Source of the DNA: Ginglymostoma cirratum
Taxonomy: Eukaryota
Assembly: GCA_024137785.1 (NCBI GenBank)
Contig: JAHRHZ010000038.1
Span: 12,700,050-12,764,049 of the forward strand
Direction of reading: 5' to 3'
Length of the DNA: 64,000 bases
The notes beneath the pieces were generated by a model. That model did not search any database. It saw only the letters and a program-made list of their open reading frames with translations, and had not been told where the DNA came from. A program made the position numbers and the translations under genes. This document shows, piece by piece, positions 47,485 to 59,256 of this stretch; position 1 is the first letter of the stretch, and every line of letters begins with the position of its first letter.

Positions 47485-48155
47485 CTAACATATGAACAAG
47501 AAACAAGAGTAGGCACTGGACCTACACAGTCAATAAGATTATGGCTCATCTGATTTTAATCATAACTTAATATTCCTGCACATTCCCAATAATCTTTCAT
47601 CAAAAGTCTACCTACCTCAGCCTTAAAAATATTTGAAGTTTCTGCATCCCTACCTTCTAAAACCAATATTTTTAAACTATGACCCCAGTTCTCAATTCAC
47701 CCACGAAAGGAAACATCCTTTCAACATCCACCCAAGTCAAGTCCCCTCAGGATCTGAGATAACTCCAGCATCGACAGTTCCTACTATCTCCCCCAGGGAT
47801 CTTACATGTTTCAATTAAGTCAGTTCTGACTCTGCTAATCTCTAGAGGATACTGGCCTGGCCTGTCTAGCCTTTTCTCATAAAACAATCTGTCCATTCCA
47901 GGTATTAATCTAGTAAACCTTTTTTGAACTGCTTCCAACTCGTTAATGTCCTTCAGTAAATACACTGACCAGTACGTATAAAGTCCTCTAGAAAGGATCT
48001 CACAACACCTATACAACTGAAACATAACTTCCCTTATCTTGCATTCAATTTCCCCCACAACAAAACGTAACATTTATCCGCTTTCCAATTACTTGCTGTA
48101 CCAGCATACTAAACTTCTGTAATTCATGCACTAGAACATCTAGATCTCCCTGCAT
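47485..48155 (-). mobile_element. CR1 3' fragment
   Basis: ORF YWSVYLLKDINELEAVQKRFTRLIPGM...DLIETCKI. Confidence 0.85.
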
Positions 48156-48444
48156 TTTTTTTATTACGTATAAATGAAGTTATTCACTTGTGAATCCCTT
48201 AGTGCCTGTCTTCTCCCAATACTCTAAGCAGTGCTACTCTAGTGTTTGTAGCACAGTGGGTGGAAGACAGTGACTTTCAGTGAAAAAGAATACAGTTCAG
48301 CTTAAGTAATTCTGCTCCTTGTCGACATGGCTGTGGACAGCATCATCCCATTATAAGCAGCAGCATTCTGGGTCGATTGTATGCAAGTCAACAAGGACGC
48401 AGGCAGAATGGCAGGGATGGGAGCACAAATGCTTTCATCCTGAG

Positions 48445-49535
48445 AATGGACATAAGGTACAGGAGCAGTCATGGGCTGCATGGCCTATCATATTTGCTCT
48501 ACAGTTAATTGCATCATGGCTCAACATTTCAATTAATTACTTTCCTATCCTATTCCCACAGCCTTCAACTACCCTTAGATCCCAAAAGTGTATTGATTTC
48601 AATCTCGAATATTCTCATCAGCCGAATGTCCTCAGTCATTGGAGTAGAGAATTCTAAACATTCACAAGCCTTTGAATGAAGAAATTTCACCTCACACTAG
48701 TGCTAAATGGCCAACTCTATGACCAAGCCAAGCAAAACTGCCTTCCAGCAACTACCTTGTGAAGCCTTTTCAGACCTGTCTTTGGTTCAAAGAGATTACC
48801 TTTTTTTTGAAACCTCTTGGCAATTTAAGTACACATTCCAGTCAATCTCTTTTCATAGGACAGCTTCTCATCTCACAAACCAAAAATATACGCAGTATTC
48901 GAAGTGTGGTTTTACTAAGTCTTGCTTATATACTGCAACTATTTTGCCATAAAGACATACACACCATTTGCCTTTCTAATTGCACATTACTTGCATGTTA
49001 ATTTTCTGTGAATCTTATCCAAGCACAGTGAAATCCCTGAGAACCCAATGTTCATTAGTTTCAAACATCTGCTTCCCATTGTTTTTACAAAGTGGATAAT
49101 TCCGCATTGCCTGCATTATACTACTTGTCACCTTACCATCATGCCTTTGAAACATCAGGTCCTCCTAACAGCATCCTTTTCTACCTAGCTTTGCACCATC
49201 AGCAAACTTGAACATATCACAGTCAATATGCATCATAAATAGCTGAGATGCTAAACAAGACCCTTGTGGCACTCCATTAGTTACACCTTACTATCTTGAA
49301 AATGATGCATTATTTTACATTTTATGTCGGTAACCAATCTATGATAAAGGTGCTACTTCCATGCCATGAATCCTTATCATATATAACAATCTATTGCTGT
49401 ACTTGACCAATTCTGAAAACTCAAATATATTATCTAATAGCTCACTATTATTTATTTGTGAGTTGCACCCTGAAAACATTTTAATGCACTTGTCAATTAT
49501 GATTTTCTTATCATAAATTTGTATTGACACTGCCT
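48445..49535 (-). mobile_element. Old CR1 fragment
   Basis: gctttgcaccatcagcaaactt (reverse KFADG), gacccttgtggcactcc (reverse GVPQG), and a CR1 tail at about 48450. Confidence 0.7.
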
Positions 49536-49734
49536 AATAATGGCCTATTAATATTACATTTCACTTGAAAGTGCCAGGAGAAAATACAGACTTACAGTTG
49601 AAAGATGATAAACATTCAATATTGTGAACTGAATAGGAACCACAAGTATCTACTATCGGGTTTGTGGGAAGTAATTATAATGTTTATGAATCATTCTTGC
49701 TTCAGTATTCATTTATTTCAATAGATATGTTACA

Positions 49735-50142
49735 GAGTCATAGAATCATACAGCATGGATACAGATGTTTCGGTCCAACTCATCCGCGCCGACCAAACAT
49801 CCCAATCTGACCTTGTCCATTTGCCAGCATTTGGCCCACATCCTTCTAAATCCTTCCTATTCATATATTCATCCAGATGCCTTTTAAATGTTGTAATTCT
49901 ATCAGCCTCCACCACTTCCTCTGGCAGGTCATTCCTTGCAGGCACCACTGTCTGTGTGAAAAAGTTGCCCCTTAGGTCCCCTTTAAATCCTTCCACTCAC
50001 CTTAAACCTATGCCCTCTAGTTTTGGACTCCCCCACCCTGGGGAAAAGACCTTGTTTATTTACCCTAACCATCCCTCTCATGATTTGATAAACCTCTATT
50101 AGGTCACCCCTTCACTTCTGACGCTCTGGGGTAAAAAGCCCC
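49735..50142 (-). mobile_element. CR1 3' end
   Basis: ORF GFKGDLRGNFFTQ...LPEEVVEA...FKRHLD; tail gagtcatagaatcatacagc. Confidence 0.9.
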
Positions 50143-51281
50143 ATATTAAAGTAAAACGAATTCTTTGGAATGCAAGTATTAGTTTTATATCAGATTGTGC
50201 AGCTTTATTTTTCTGAAATTATACCTTAAAAAGTACCCAAGTATTAACTTGTCAGTGAAGAAAAAGCAACTATAATGTGCACTTTTGGTGCCAGTAGTTA
50301 CAGTTGACAGAGGCCAGTTTCCAAGCAGTAAATAGTGGTGGGATAATGATTAGGTGCTGCAAAAGGGTGGGATAAACTGATAGTAATAGTGATAATCTTT
50401 TGAGTGCTTTCTGAGGAAACTAGTTCATAAAAACAATGGGAAACAGGTGATTATGTTGTATGAGAGCTTCTTCTCCATTCAAAGTGTAATCTCTTGGTTG
50501 ACCACTTCTCAGTGACTAATTAACACTCAAGTCTTCACTCACAAAAGAGGCAGAATCCCTGCATAATCATCATAAACTCTTCACCCCTAAAGCAGCAACT
50601 TTTGTAAAACGGAATAAAGGCCATTCAGCCCATCTAACTGCACCTTTGATTAAACATGTTTGATTTTGTATCTTTTTGGAATCCTAATTTAAATCACCTG
50701 AGATAAGTTGCATAACTCAAGTTGGGTTCAAATATTATTTGATTTAATTTCTCTTTGAAATCAGAAAGATGCACTGTCTACAAAATTAGATGTCATTTCC
50801 TGTCACACAAACACTTTGTCTCAAATCTCAGAGACAAAACATTTAACATGCAGTTTGAATAGCTTTATAAATCTACTTAACAGTGAAATTCTTCAGCATC
50901 CTTTGTTGTGATAGAATTGGGCACTTGAAATGGTTTCTGTCAGCCCCATTAGTGGAATTCCATCACTTAAGGAATAATTCCAGAAAGCATACAAAAACAA
51001 GTTAGATTCATTCTCAGGGCAAGTACAGAATGGTGGAGTTTATCCGAAGACAATTTTGTTTTTAGGGCAGTTCAACCTAGTATGTTAACAACAAAAGAAT
51101 TAATAACTTGCTGCCAGGTAATACGATATCAATCCACCATGCAAAAAATTGATAGGATACAATCATTGTATCCCAACATTCACGCAACATTTTAAATTGA
51201 TAGATGATCTGAACAAAAGACAAGCGTTCTGTGGAAAGGGGAAAACATGACGCAAGATCATATGAAGTATTCTCTGTCTCT

Positions 51282-51317
51282 CGCGTGTGCGCACACGCAC
51301 ACGTGCACACACACATG
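51282..51317. repeat. Alternating purine-pyrimidine tract
   Basis: cgcgtgtgcgcacacgcacacgtgcacacacacatg. Confidence 0.9.
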
Positions 51318-52255
51318 GGGGCAGGATGCCAGCCCATTTGCTAAACCAGAAGATGCAGTGTCAACCCAGGAAAAATGTATTACAAAGGGCACACCGAGCA
51401 AACAGAATACCATTTAGAATGTTATACACAATACCTTTGAGACCTATTTGGCAGTCTATTTGTTAATAGAAATTCTCACTAACTCTATTTAAACAATGCA
51501 GATTATTTTAAATTTCTCAATTGACTATTGAATTCATCAACAACTGGTGTAAAGTTTTAATAGAAATTGTATTTTGGCCATTTAATTTTTTTTTGAACAG
51601 AAACTTTAGAAGTCTTATGATTCTGGAATTCACATTGCCAAAAGAAATTAGTAACATCTGGTCTAACCCGATTTTCTTAATCTCTCAATACTATGAACAA
51701 AATAAGAATTTTCCCGTTAACCATTTCTAAAACAGTACCTTTTCAGTTTGTTGATAAATATCAGCTTAGACTGCACAACAAATACAGCATTTTGTTCATA
51801 TTACAGCTTATTTTTAAAAAATACTCAACCTATTTACCAAATGTCAGTGTTTTATATTCTCTTAGTCAACTCAAATCAAGGGCTCTGGAAATAGTTATTC
51901 ATACAGAAAATGCCTTTTCATTTTGTTGTATTGCCATGTCTATATTTGTCTTCCCAGCGATGGCTGTTATTCAATTCAGGCAGTGTACTTTATAATTAAA
52001 GCTTGCCGAGTAACACTGGTTCATCAAATATTAATAGTGAGGGAGTTGATGACATTAAGGCAACAAATTAGATCACCGACTTATTGTTAGAACCCTGTCC
52101 GAAAGTGGTTTGTAACCAGCAGTTCTATTTCAATGGTTTTAAAACAATACATATTATACCTTTTAGTATTTAGCTTAATCTTCCAAGACAAATGTAGAGC
52201 TCATCATTTAAACTCTTCTATCAAAAATTCTTAATCTTTATCTCAAAAATCTTAC

Positions 52256-52673
52256 CAACACGAGTGGGGAAATTTTCCTCATTATTGATCAAGGCCTCAA
52301 TCCAGTCCATGAGCAAATTCATATATTTTGGAGCAGTCACTTTGGTTGGTTTCTTATACTTGTGTTCATCCTGCCACCTGTACTCATACTTCAGCCCGCC
52401 AGACATGACAGGACAGCTCCTTTCGGTGCAATACTCACAAATGGTACCATAGATGAGGTTGATACGATTGAAGAAATCTACAGTGTTGACTGCAATCCAG
52501 TCATTGAGGTTTTCCCCTGCAGGAAGCTGAACTACTGTCTTGAGATCGACACCAGATTTAAGTGAGGCCTGCGCCTTCTTAAAGAGCTCGAAGCGTTGGG
52601 TTCCAGGCTCAAACTTCTTTCGGGGTCGAAAAGTCCTGTCCTTATTAAAGACTTGCTTCAGGCAAAGGGCCAT
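52256..52673 (-). CDS. MOB3C: MOB kinase activator 3C, first coding exon (418 nt coding)
   Basis: [30 protein letters not shown]...NFPTRV(G). The [10 protein letters not shown]-terminus is characteristic of MOB3C. Donor GTT G|gtaag at 52256/52255, phase 1, matching the next exon. Likely acceptor tactgtcttacag| at 52832/52831. Confidence 0.96.
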
Positions 52674-53075
52674 CTTTCAGAAAGTACAGCGAGGTACCAA
52701 TCTCTTCCTTTAAAAAGGGATTCAGTATAAAAAGGGTTTGTTTCTTTCTTGGCTTAAGCTGATTGTATTTAAGAGCTTCAGATATTTTAATTAGTTTGCT
52801 CTCCACAAGTTGCTGCAGCCATCTGTGTATTCTGTAAGACAGTAGAAACATTTTGCATTCAATTGAACAGAGTCCAGTGATATTTTTTCAAGGTATCCAA
52901 TTGATTGGCATATCAACTCCTGGTAAAGCTACCACTTTGTCAGAACTTAAATACACCAATATGCAATTTTAAGGTACAAGTTAAAATGTTAACAGAGAAC
53001 ATTCATGTCTCATTGTCTGTCAGAACATAAAATAGACATGCAACCTGGTATTTCGACATTATAGACTAGACAATT

Positions 53076-53303
53076 AAAGTTTTTGAGGAGACTTGTAGCT
53101 TGGGTTGTGGATGGGATTGTTGATTTGTTCACCGAGCTGGTAGGTTGATTTGCAGATGTTTTGTCACCATAGTAGGTAACAAATAACAAACAGGAAAGAC
53201 CAACAATGGTTCATCGGAGGCGCAGTGATGATGTTACCTAGTATGGCGATGAAACATCCCCAACCAACCTACCAACTCGCAAAAAAAAAAAATCAACAAA
53301 CCC
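53076..53303. mobile_element. Palindromic PLE-derived element, family D (Poseidon-like terminus)
   Basis: Perfect 13-bp TSD agactagacaatt (53063-53075 and 53304-53316). Arms gagctggtaggttg / caacctaccaactc. Decayed hammerhead gtgatga-t-gttacc-tagtat-ggcgat-gaaa-catc (53225-53258). Confidence 0.82.
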
Positions 53304-54059
53304 AGACTAGACAATTTCCTAGGACATTGCAGGACAGGAACAGGCAAGGAAAAGAGGATACAGGCCATGTGCAGGCAGATGGGATTGGTTTATAATGGCT
53401 GGCACAGACATGGTGGGCTGAAGGGCCTGTTCCTGTGCTGTACTGTTCTATGTTCATGTGAAGCCATTCTCTAGTGTAGTCTACAATGCATTACAGGTGA
53501 ACTAGGGCTAGAAATTGGTGATAATTGGGCTAGATGGCAGATGGATTCAGTCTCCATTTTAAATTCACATAGTCTTTCATTTGTAAGACATAACTATAAA
53601 TTATACAACAGTGAAATAAGTCCAGGAAAACTTGTTGCAATTCACAAAGCAAACAGATCTCAAGAAGCTTTACACATTGAGGTGTGAAATGTCATAGCTT
53701 GAAGGGGTGATGCAAGTACAGTGTGACATATTCACATATGCAGTTTTCAATATGAATACACACAGAGGAAAATTTGACAGACTTTGTAAATCTAGGATTT
53801 TCTTTTAAGAATATAATAGGTTCATGTCAGCAGAAAAGGAGATCTTGGAACAATCAACTATCTTTTCATATCCATTCCCCAGATCCCTTGATTGACTGAG
53901 AAATCAAAACTATCTATTTATCTCAGCCTCAAACACAGTCAACCATGTATTCATCCACAACTCTTTGGGGTAGGGAATTCAAAAGGTTCACAAGCCTCAA
54001 TACAATGAAATTTCTCTTCATCTCAGTCCTAAATGATCAACCACTTTTCCACAACTTAT

Positions 54060-54973
54060 TGTAAAGACCGTATCTTTTTATTTTTCTGTATTTTTGATAA
54101 TGGACTGAAATTGGAAAACGACTGCTTTACAAGCCAAAGATTGTTGAAGGATTACTGCACTTTTTTGCTTAGAAAAAGCCAACTTACTTGAAATGGCCGT
54201 CATTCTAGGTGAAAGCTGACTTACAAATGAGCTGCAGCCACTGTGTATGAACGGAGATTTGATCAGAAACAAATAGCTAATTGTTCTGTGAAGTGGTGAT
54301 TTCTTATTGACGATAAAGGTCTCCCACCTGCCAATAAATGTGAGATTGGCTTTCAGGTAACTAAACTGCTTGGGCTAGCGTGTTTGGATCAGAAGTTATC
54401 AGATCTTTCAAAGAGAAGCTGTATTTGCTCTGCAGTAAAATGATCTCAAGCCTGAACATAATGTGTTTATTTCTCTTCATCAATTGCTGTGAGCTGTGAC
54501 TTTTAATTCATAAGTCAGAGACCCTCATAAGTGTGGACCAGTCACCCTATGCCTCCTGCAAACAAGTGAAAGTATCTGGAAAAGGAGGACCAAGGAACAG
54601 TGTTCAGCTTAGCAAAAGGGTCACGTCAGCAAATCCTGTGGACAAGGACTACTGAGCTGCCTTCACAGTCTCTCTCTCCACCCATAACACCCTTTTTGTG
54701 TTTGTCTGTGTGTAGCGGAAGTTCAATGAGTGGGTTAGAGTTTTGGCTAGTAGAGTTATATGTCAATGGTTCATAACTTTATCAGTAGCTAGAAATTTTT
54801 TTTTTTGCAATAAATAGTTACTCATTAAGTCTAGACACCTAGATTGTGCTGTCAACTAAATGACAGAAAAATAAATGAGGAATTTTGTGTACTTTTATAA
54901 ACTCTAATTTCATTGATTACGCTGGGTAAAGCAGTGCTGAGTATCCAGGTGACTACCCCAGTGAAGCAAAACA
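54060..54973 (+). mobile_element. Solo LTR, 914 bp
   Basis: Begins TG, ends CA, flanked by a 4-bp TSD TTAT (54056-54059 and 54974-54977), has an internal AATAAA near 54809, and cleanly interrupts a minus-strand CR1 (about 53830-55210). Confidence 0.75.
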
Positions 54974-56643
54974 TTATGCCTTGGTTTTCTAGATCTTCCA
55001 CTCCAGGGAAAATATCATCTTAAAGTCTTGTATGTTTCAATGAGGATACTCATTCTTCTAAACTTCAGGGAGTTTAGGCCCAACTTACTTTGTATCTTAT
55101 CACAGAACAACCCTCCCATGCAAGGAGCCAATATAGCAAATCTTTGCTGTATCCCCTTCAATGCAAATAACTCCTTTAAATAAGGAGCTCAAAACTGCTC
55201 ATATTATTCCATGTGCAATGCTAAACGAGGTTTACACCTGGCCATTCAGACAGAGGCAAACATTGAAGCAGAATGTATGTCAAAGGTGGGGGAGTTCATT
55301 GACATAAAAATTATTTCAATATAATTTGCACTGTTACCATTCTGCTAATATACCCTTAACACATTTCAAATTAAGATATTATAACTGAAAATTTCTGTTA
55401 AAGGTTCAGTTTACTAAAAGCTGATATGACCTTCTTTGAATGGAGACTCTAGAATCAAGTTACTTTGGGATGTTTCAGAAGTGAAACTGATAAAGAAGTG
55501 AACTTGACCTTGAGGCAGCTATGTTGGAAAGAGTAGGGTTGCTTCAGATGGTCCTGAAACGCAATACACTACGTCTGTGGCATGTTGAATGCTCTGGTTT
55601 CAAGGAATCCCATGGATTTAGATTACACTGTAACCTTGTTATTCCTAATTAAGCTGCTATGGGCCATATTGACTAAAATCACTAGAGAAAAAAAAACAAC
55701 TTAAAAGGCTTTCCCACAGGTATTAATATTAACTCTATATTTTAACAAAATAAGATTTTTCGGAGCACAAAGTTTTCCATTACAAGTTAAGCTCTGTGAA
55801 CATAAGAAAATCCTCCTGGATTTGGCTTCTGCTCTAAATGACTGCAGAATAAAATTCAGAAAATCTCCAGACAATCTTAAATAGATTTAAAGCATATTAA
55901 ATAAACCAGCTGTAACATTAAAAAAATCAAAGTTATTCTGAGAATTATCGTAGTTGACATGCATATTTCAAATGGTACAGTGTTTGTCAACAGTGGTCAA
56001 CATAGCAGATGACAGACAGAGAAGTTACGGTAAAATTTGTTTTCAAACTGTGTCAAGTAACAACTTTTAATTAACTATTTAATATGAAATAATTGATACT
56101 TATTAGATTATAAAACCAAAAAGAAATAAAGATAAACATGAGCCCATTTGTCCAAAATACATAGGGGTCCAGAAATTCAATGGCACTATGCTCATTTTGA
56201 GCATTAAATGGGTGCTTAGGACTAATGTTCTCTCACTCTGACATTCCATGTACAGCAACCGGCACACTGACGCTAACTGCAGCATTGACTTCCAGTTCCA
56301 GAAGTCACTGCCACACATGAACCTTGGAGCACCATATGGAAGATAAGGAAATTAGAGGGACCACTGCCAAGGACTCCAATGTGGTTGGCTGGAAGCACAC
56401 ACCAGAAGGAACAAACCATAAAACTTGCAAATGGGGCATACTAGTCCATATAACCCATCTTGTAATTTTCAAAATGGAGAAACAGTATGTTCCTTTCTAA
56501 CTATTGCTTTCTTTTAAAGAAAAAGTTGTTTTTCCAATTGGGAAAGTTCTCTGTCTGAACTTGTATTGCATTCATAATAAAGTAAATGAGGTGACTGCAT
56601 GCATTAAAGTCAATAAATACAACTCTTTTGCTTTTACAAGTTA

Positions 56644-56965
56644 GAGCAGCACGGTGGCTCAGTGGCGAGCGCTGCTACTTCATTGTATCAGGGTTCAATT
56701 CCACCAGCAGACAACTGTCTGTGTGGTGTTTGCACATTCTCCCTGTGTCTGCGTTGGTTTCCTCCCACAATCCAAAGATGCGCAGCTTAGGTGGATTGGC
56801 CATGCTAAATTGGCTGTAGTGTCCAGGGATGTGCAGGCTAGGTGAGTTAGCCATGGGAAATGCAGGCTGATAGGGTGTGGGGCTGGGTCTGGCTGGAATG
56901 ATTTTGGAGGGTTGGTGTGGACTTGATGGGCCGAACAGCCTGCTTTCACACTGTAGGGATTCTAT
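56644..56965 (+). mobile_element. HE1-type V-SINE
   Basis: gcagcacggtggctcagtgg, V domain, tail gggccgaacagcctgctttcacactgtagggattcta. Confidence 0.9.
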
Positions 56966-58322
56966 CAATACTGAGGGGTACATGACATTCAAGAAGAATA
57001 GGAAACTAGGTAAATGTAGAGGGGTAGCATTGTTAATCAAAGATGGCATTGGTTCAGTAGTTAGAGGTGACCTTGGTTCAGGAGATCAGAAGGTCAAAAG
57101 GGTTTTGGTGCAGATGAGGTACAGAAGGGCAAAATCGTCACTAGTGAGAATGACCTTCAGGCTGCTTAACAGTAACCACAGTTCAGGGTGTTCAAATGCA
57201 CAGGAAGAAATGTTGAATGTTTGTGATAAAGGGCTGGCAAAAATCCGACAGTAACCATATCTCTAACAACCACAATTTATGGCAAACTTTACACGAAAAA
57301 GTATCAGGTGTTTGTGATAAAGGGCCAGCAAAAATCACAGGTGATTTTTATTTACATAAATTGGAAGGATTAGATTGACAATAGTAGCCTGGATGAGAAC
57401 TTCATAGTACGCTTTCAAGATAATTTCTTAGAACAATACGTTCTGGAACAAACCAGAGAGAAGGATAAATTGAACTCATTATCGTGTAATTTCTCTTAAC
57501 AGTGTGCCACGTCAGACCCTGTCAAATGCCATACTAAAATCCGTGTAGACAACATCTACCACACTACTTTCATTAATCTTCCATGTTACTTCTTCAAAAA
57601 AAATCAATTAAGGTAATAAGAAATAACCTTTTGTTAATAAATTTATGCTGTCTATCCCCAAATAATCTGTGTCCCTTCAAGTTACGGCTAATCTCATCTC
57701 TCAATATCGATTCAAGTAATTTGCACTCAGAACATTTACCCAAGGGAAAACAACATTTATATAGCATGAGAGAAGATTAGTGACTGGTTTTCAGGAAGCG
57801 ATGGCCATGCAGAGGCATCAGTTCTTTTTCAGCAAAATCTCAAGTTCTGTACTACCAAATGATGAAATATTATTTACATTAAGTTTTTCAATTTAATTAG
57901 CTCTTGGTTTCCTGTTATTTCTAATATTTCTTTTGTGTCTCCTATAGTGAAGCCAGGCACAGTGCATCCAATTAACCTCTCTACCGTTTCCTTATTTCCC
58001 ATTAGAATTCCACTGGCACAGCCTCTAAGGAACCTCCCTTTATTTAGCTACTCATTTCCAGTTTACGCACTCTCATACCCTATATTGTCCCTTCCTATCA
58101 ACTTTTTGGTCAGTTTAAGCTGGTATCCAAAACTTTTCCAATCACAAAGCTTCTTGGCAATATTGTAAGTATTTTAATATAAAATTCTCCTTAACAATTT
58201 TAGTTAGACATAAATGGATCTATCTTCCTGTGGAGATTTTCATTTCTCAGTAGAATATAGACTTTTTGAGAATTATGAAACATTCATTCAAAAATGTTCA
58301 CCTCTCCTCATCTACTGTCATA

Positions 58323-58511
58323 TGTGATGTGGAAGTCCCAGTGTTGGACTGGGGTGGACAAGTTCAGAGTCACCAGGTTATAGACCAACAAGTTTATTTG
58401 AAAACATAAGCTTTCAAAGCGCTGCCCCTTCATCAGGTGCAGTCAAGCTCCAAAAGCTTTTGATTTCAAATAAACCTGTTAGGCTGTAACCTGGTATTGT
58501 GTGACTTTTGA
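58323..58511. mobile_element. Palindromic PLE-derived element, family C
   Basis: 11-bp TSD cta(c/t)tgtcata (58312-58322 and 58512-58522). Arms ccaggttatagaccaacaagtttatttgaaa / tttcaaataaacctgttaggctgtaacctgg. Minus-strand core CTGATGA-A-GGGGC-AGC-GCTTT-GAAA-GCTT (58408-58436). Confidence 0.85.
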
Positions 58512-59029
58512 CTATTGTCATACAGTTTAACTTCCTAAGCTACTTTACCCTACTGTCCAAATTTCTCTGTCTTTGACTTGACTTTAAGTTCTAATTATGA
58601 AAGTGAATTTATTTATAAAACTCCCAAGCTCAGCGTGAAATTCCTTAATTTTGTGACCACTCTTTCCCAGCGAATGCCTTAGTTTGAGATTATCCTGTCT
58701 CATAACACAAGACAAGATCTAAAATAAATGCTTCACTTGTTGGTTCCAAAATATTTTCCTTGAACTTTAATTCGAAATTAGTTTTGCTAATTTTATTTAT
58801 TAAATTTGTATGAAAATTCAGGTTTTCAATTATTATTGCATTGTCTTTGACACAAGCTGCTCTTAATTTGATTAGTATACTGTCAATCAAGATAGCTATT
58901 GTTGAGGAGCCAATAATTTACTTTTCTGACACGTTACTTCTTAACTTGACCATACTGATTACACTTCCTGTTCTGCTGAGCCAAGATTTTTCCACATTAC
59001 TGTCTTTAAGTCATCCTTAAGTTAACGCT

Positions 59030-59256
59030 AAATAAAAACCAAAAGAACTGCGGATGCTGTAAATCAGGAACAAAAACAAGGTTGCTGGAAAAGCTCAGCA
59101 GGTCTGGCAGCATCTGTGGAGGAGAAAACAGAGTTAATGTTTCGGGTCCGGTGATCCGTTCTGAGGAAGGGTCACAGGACTCGAAATGTTAACTCTGTTT
59201 TCTCCTCCACAGATGCTGCCAGACCTGCTGAGCTTTTCCAGCAACCTTGTTTTTGT
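59030..59256. mobile_element. Young palindromic PLE-derived element, family B
   Basis: TSD tccttaagttaac (59014-59026 and 59257-59269), about 75-bp near-perfect arms, core CTGAGGA-A-GGGTC-ACAG-GACTC-GAAA-TGTT at 59161-59190. Confidence 0.92.

Noticed and set aside
52221-52255. C-terminal extension [10 protein letters not shown] of the ORF-track MOB3 ORF
   Set aside because: Read-through into the intron past the gtaag donor; the protein continues at 34393.
59030-59256. Interpretation of the palindromes as classical MITEs, pre-miRNAs or CRISPR-like repeats
   Set aside because: TSDs are long and variable, the arms are asymmetric with a tail, related arms terminate GIY-YIG-coding PLE fragments, and there is no repeat-spacer periodicity.
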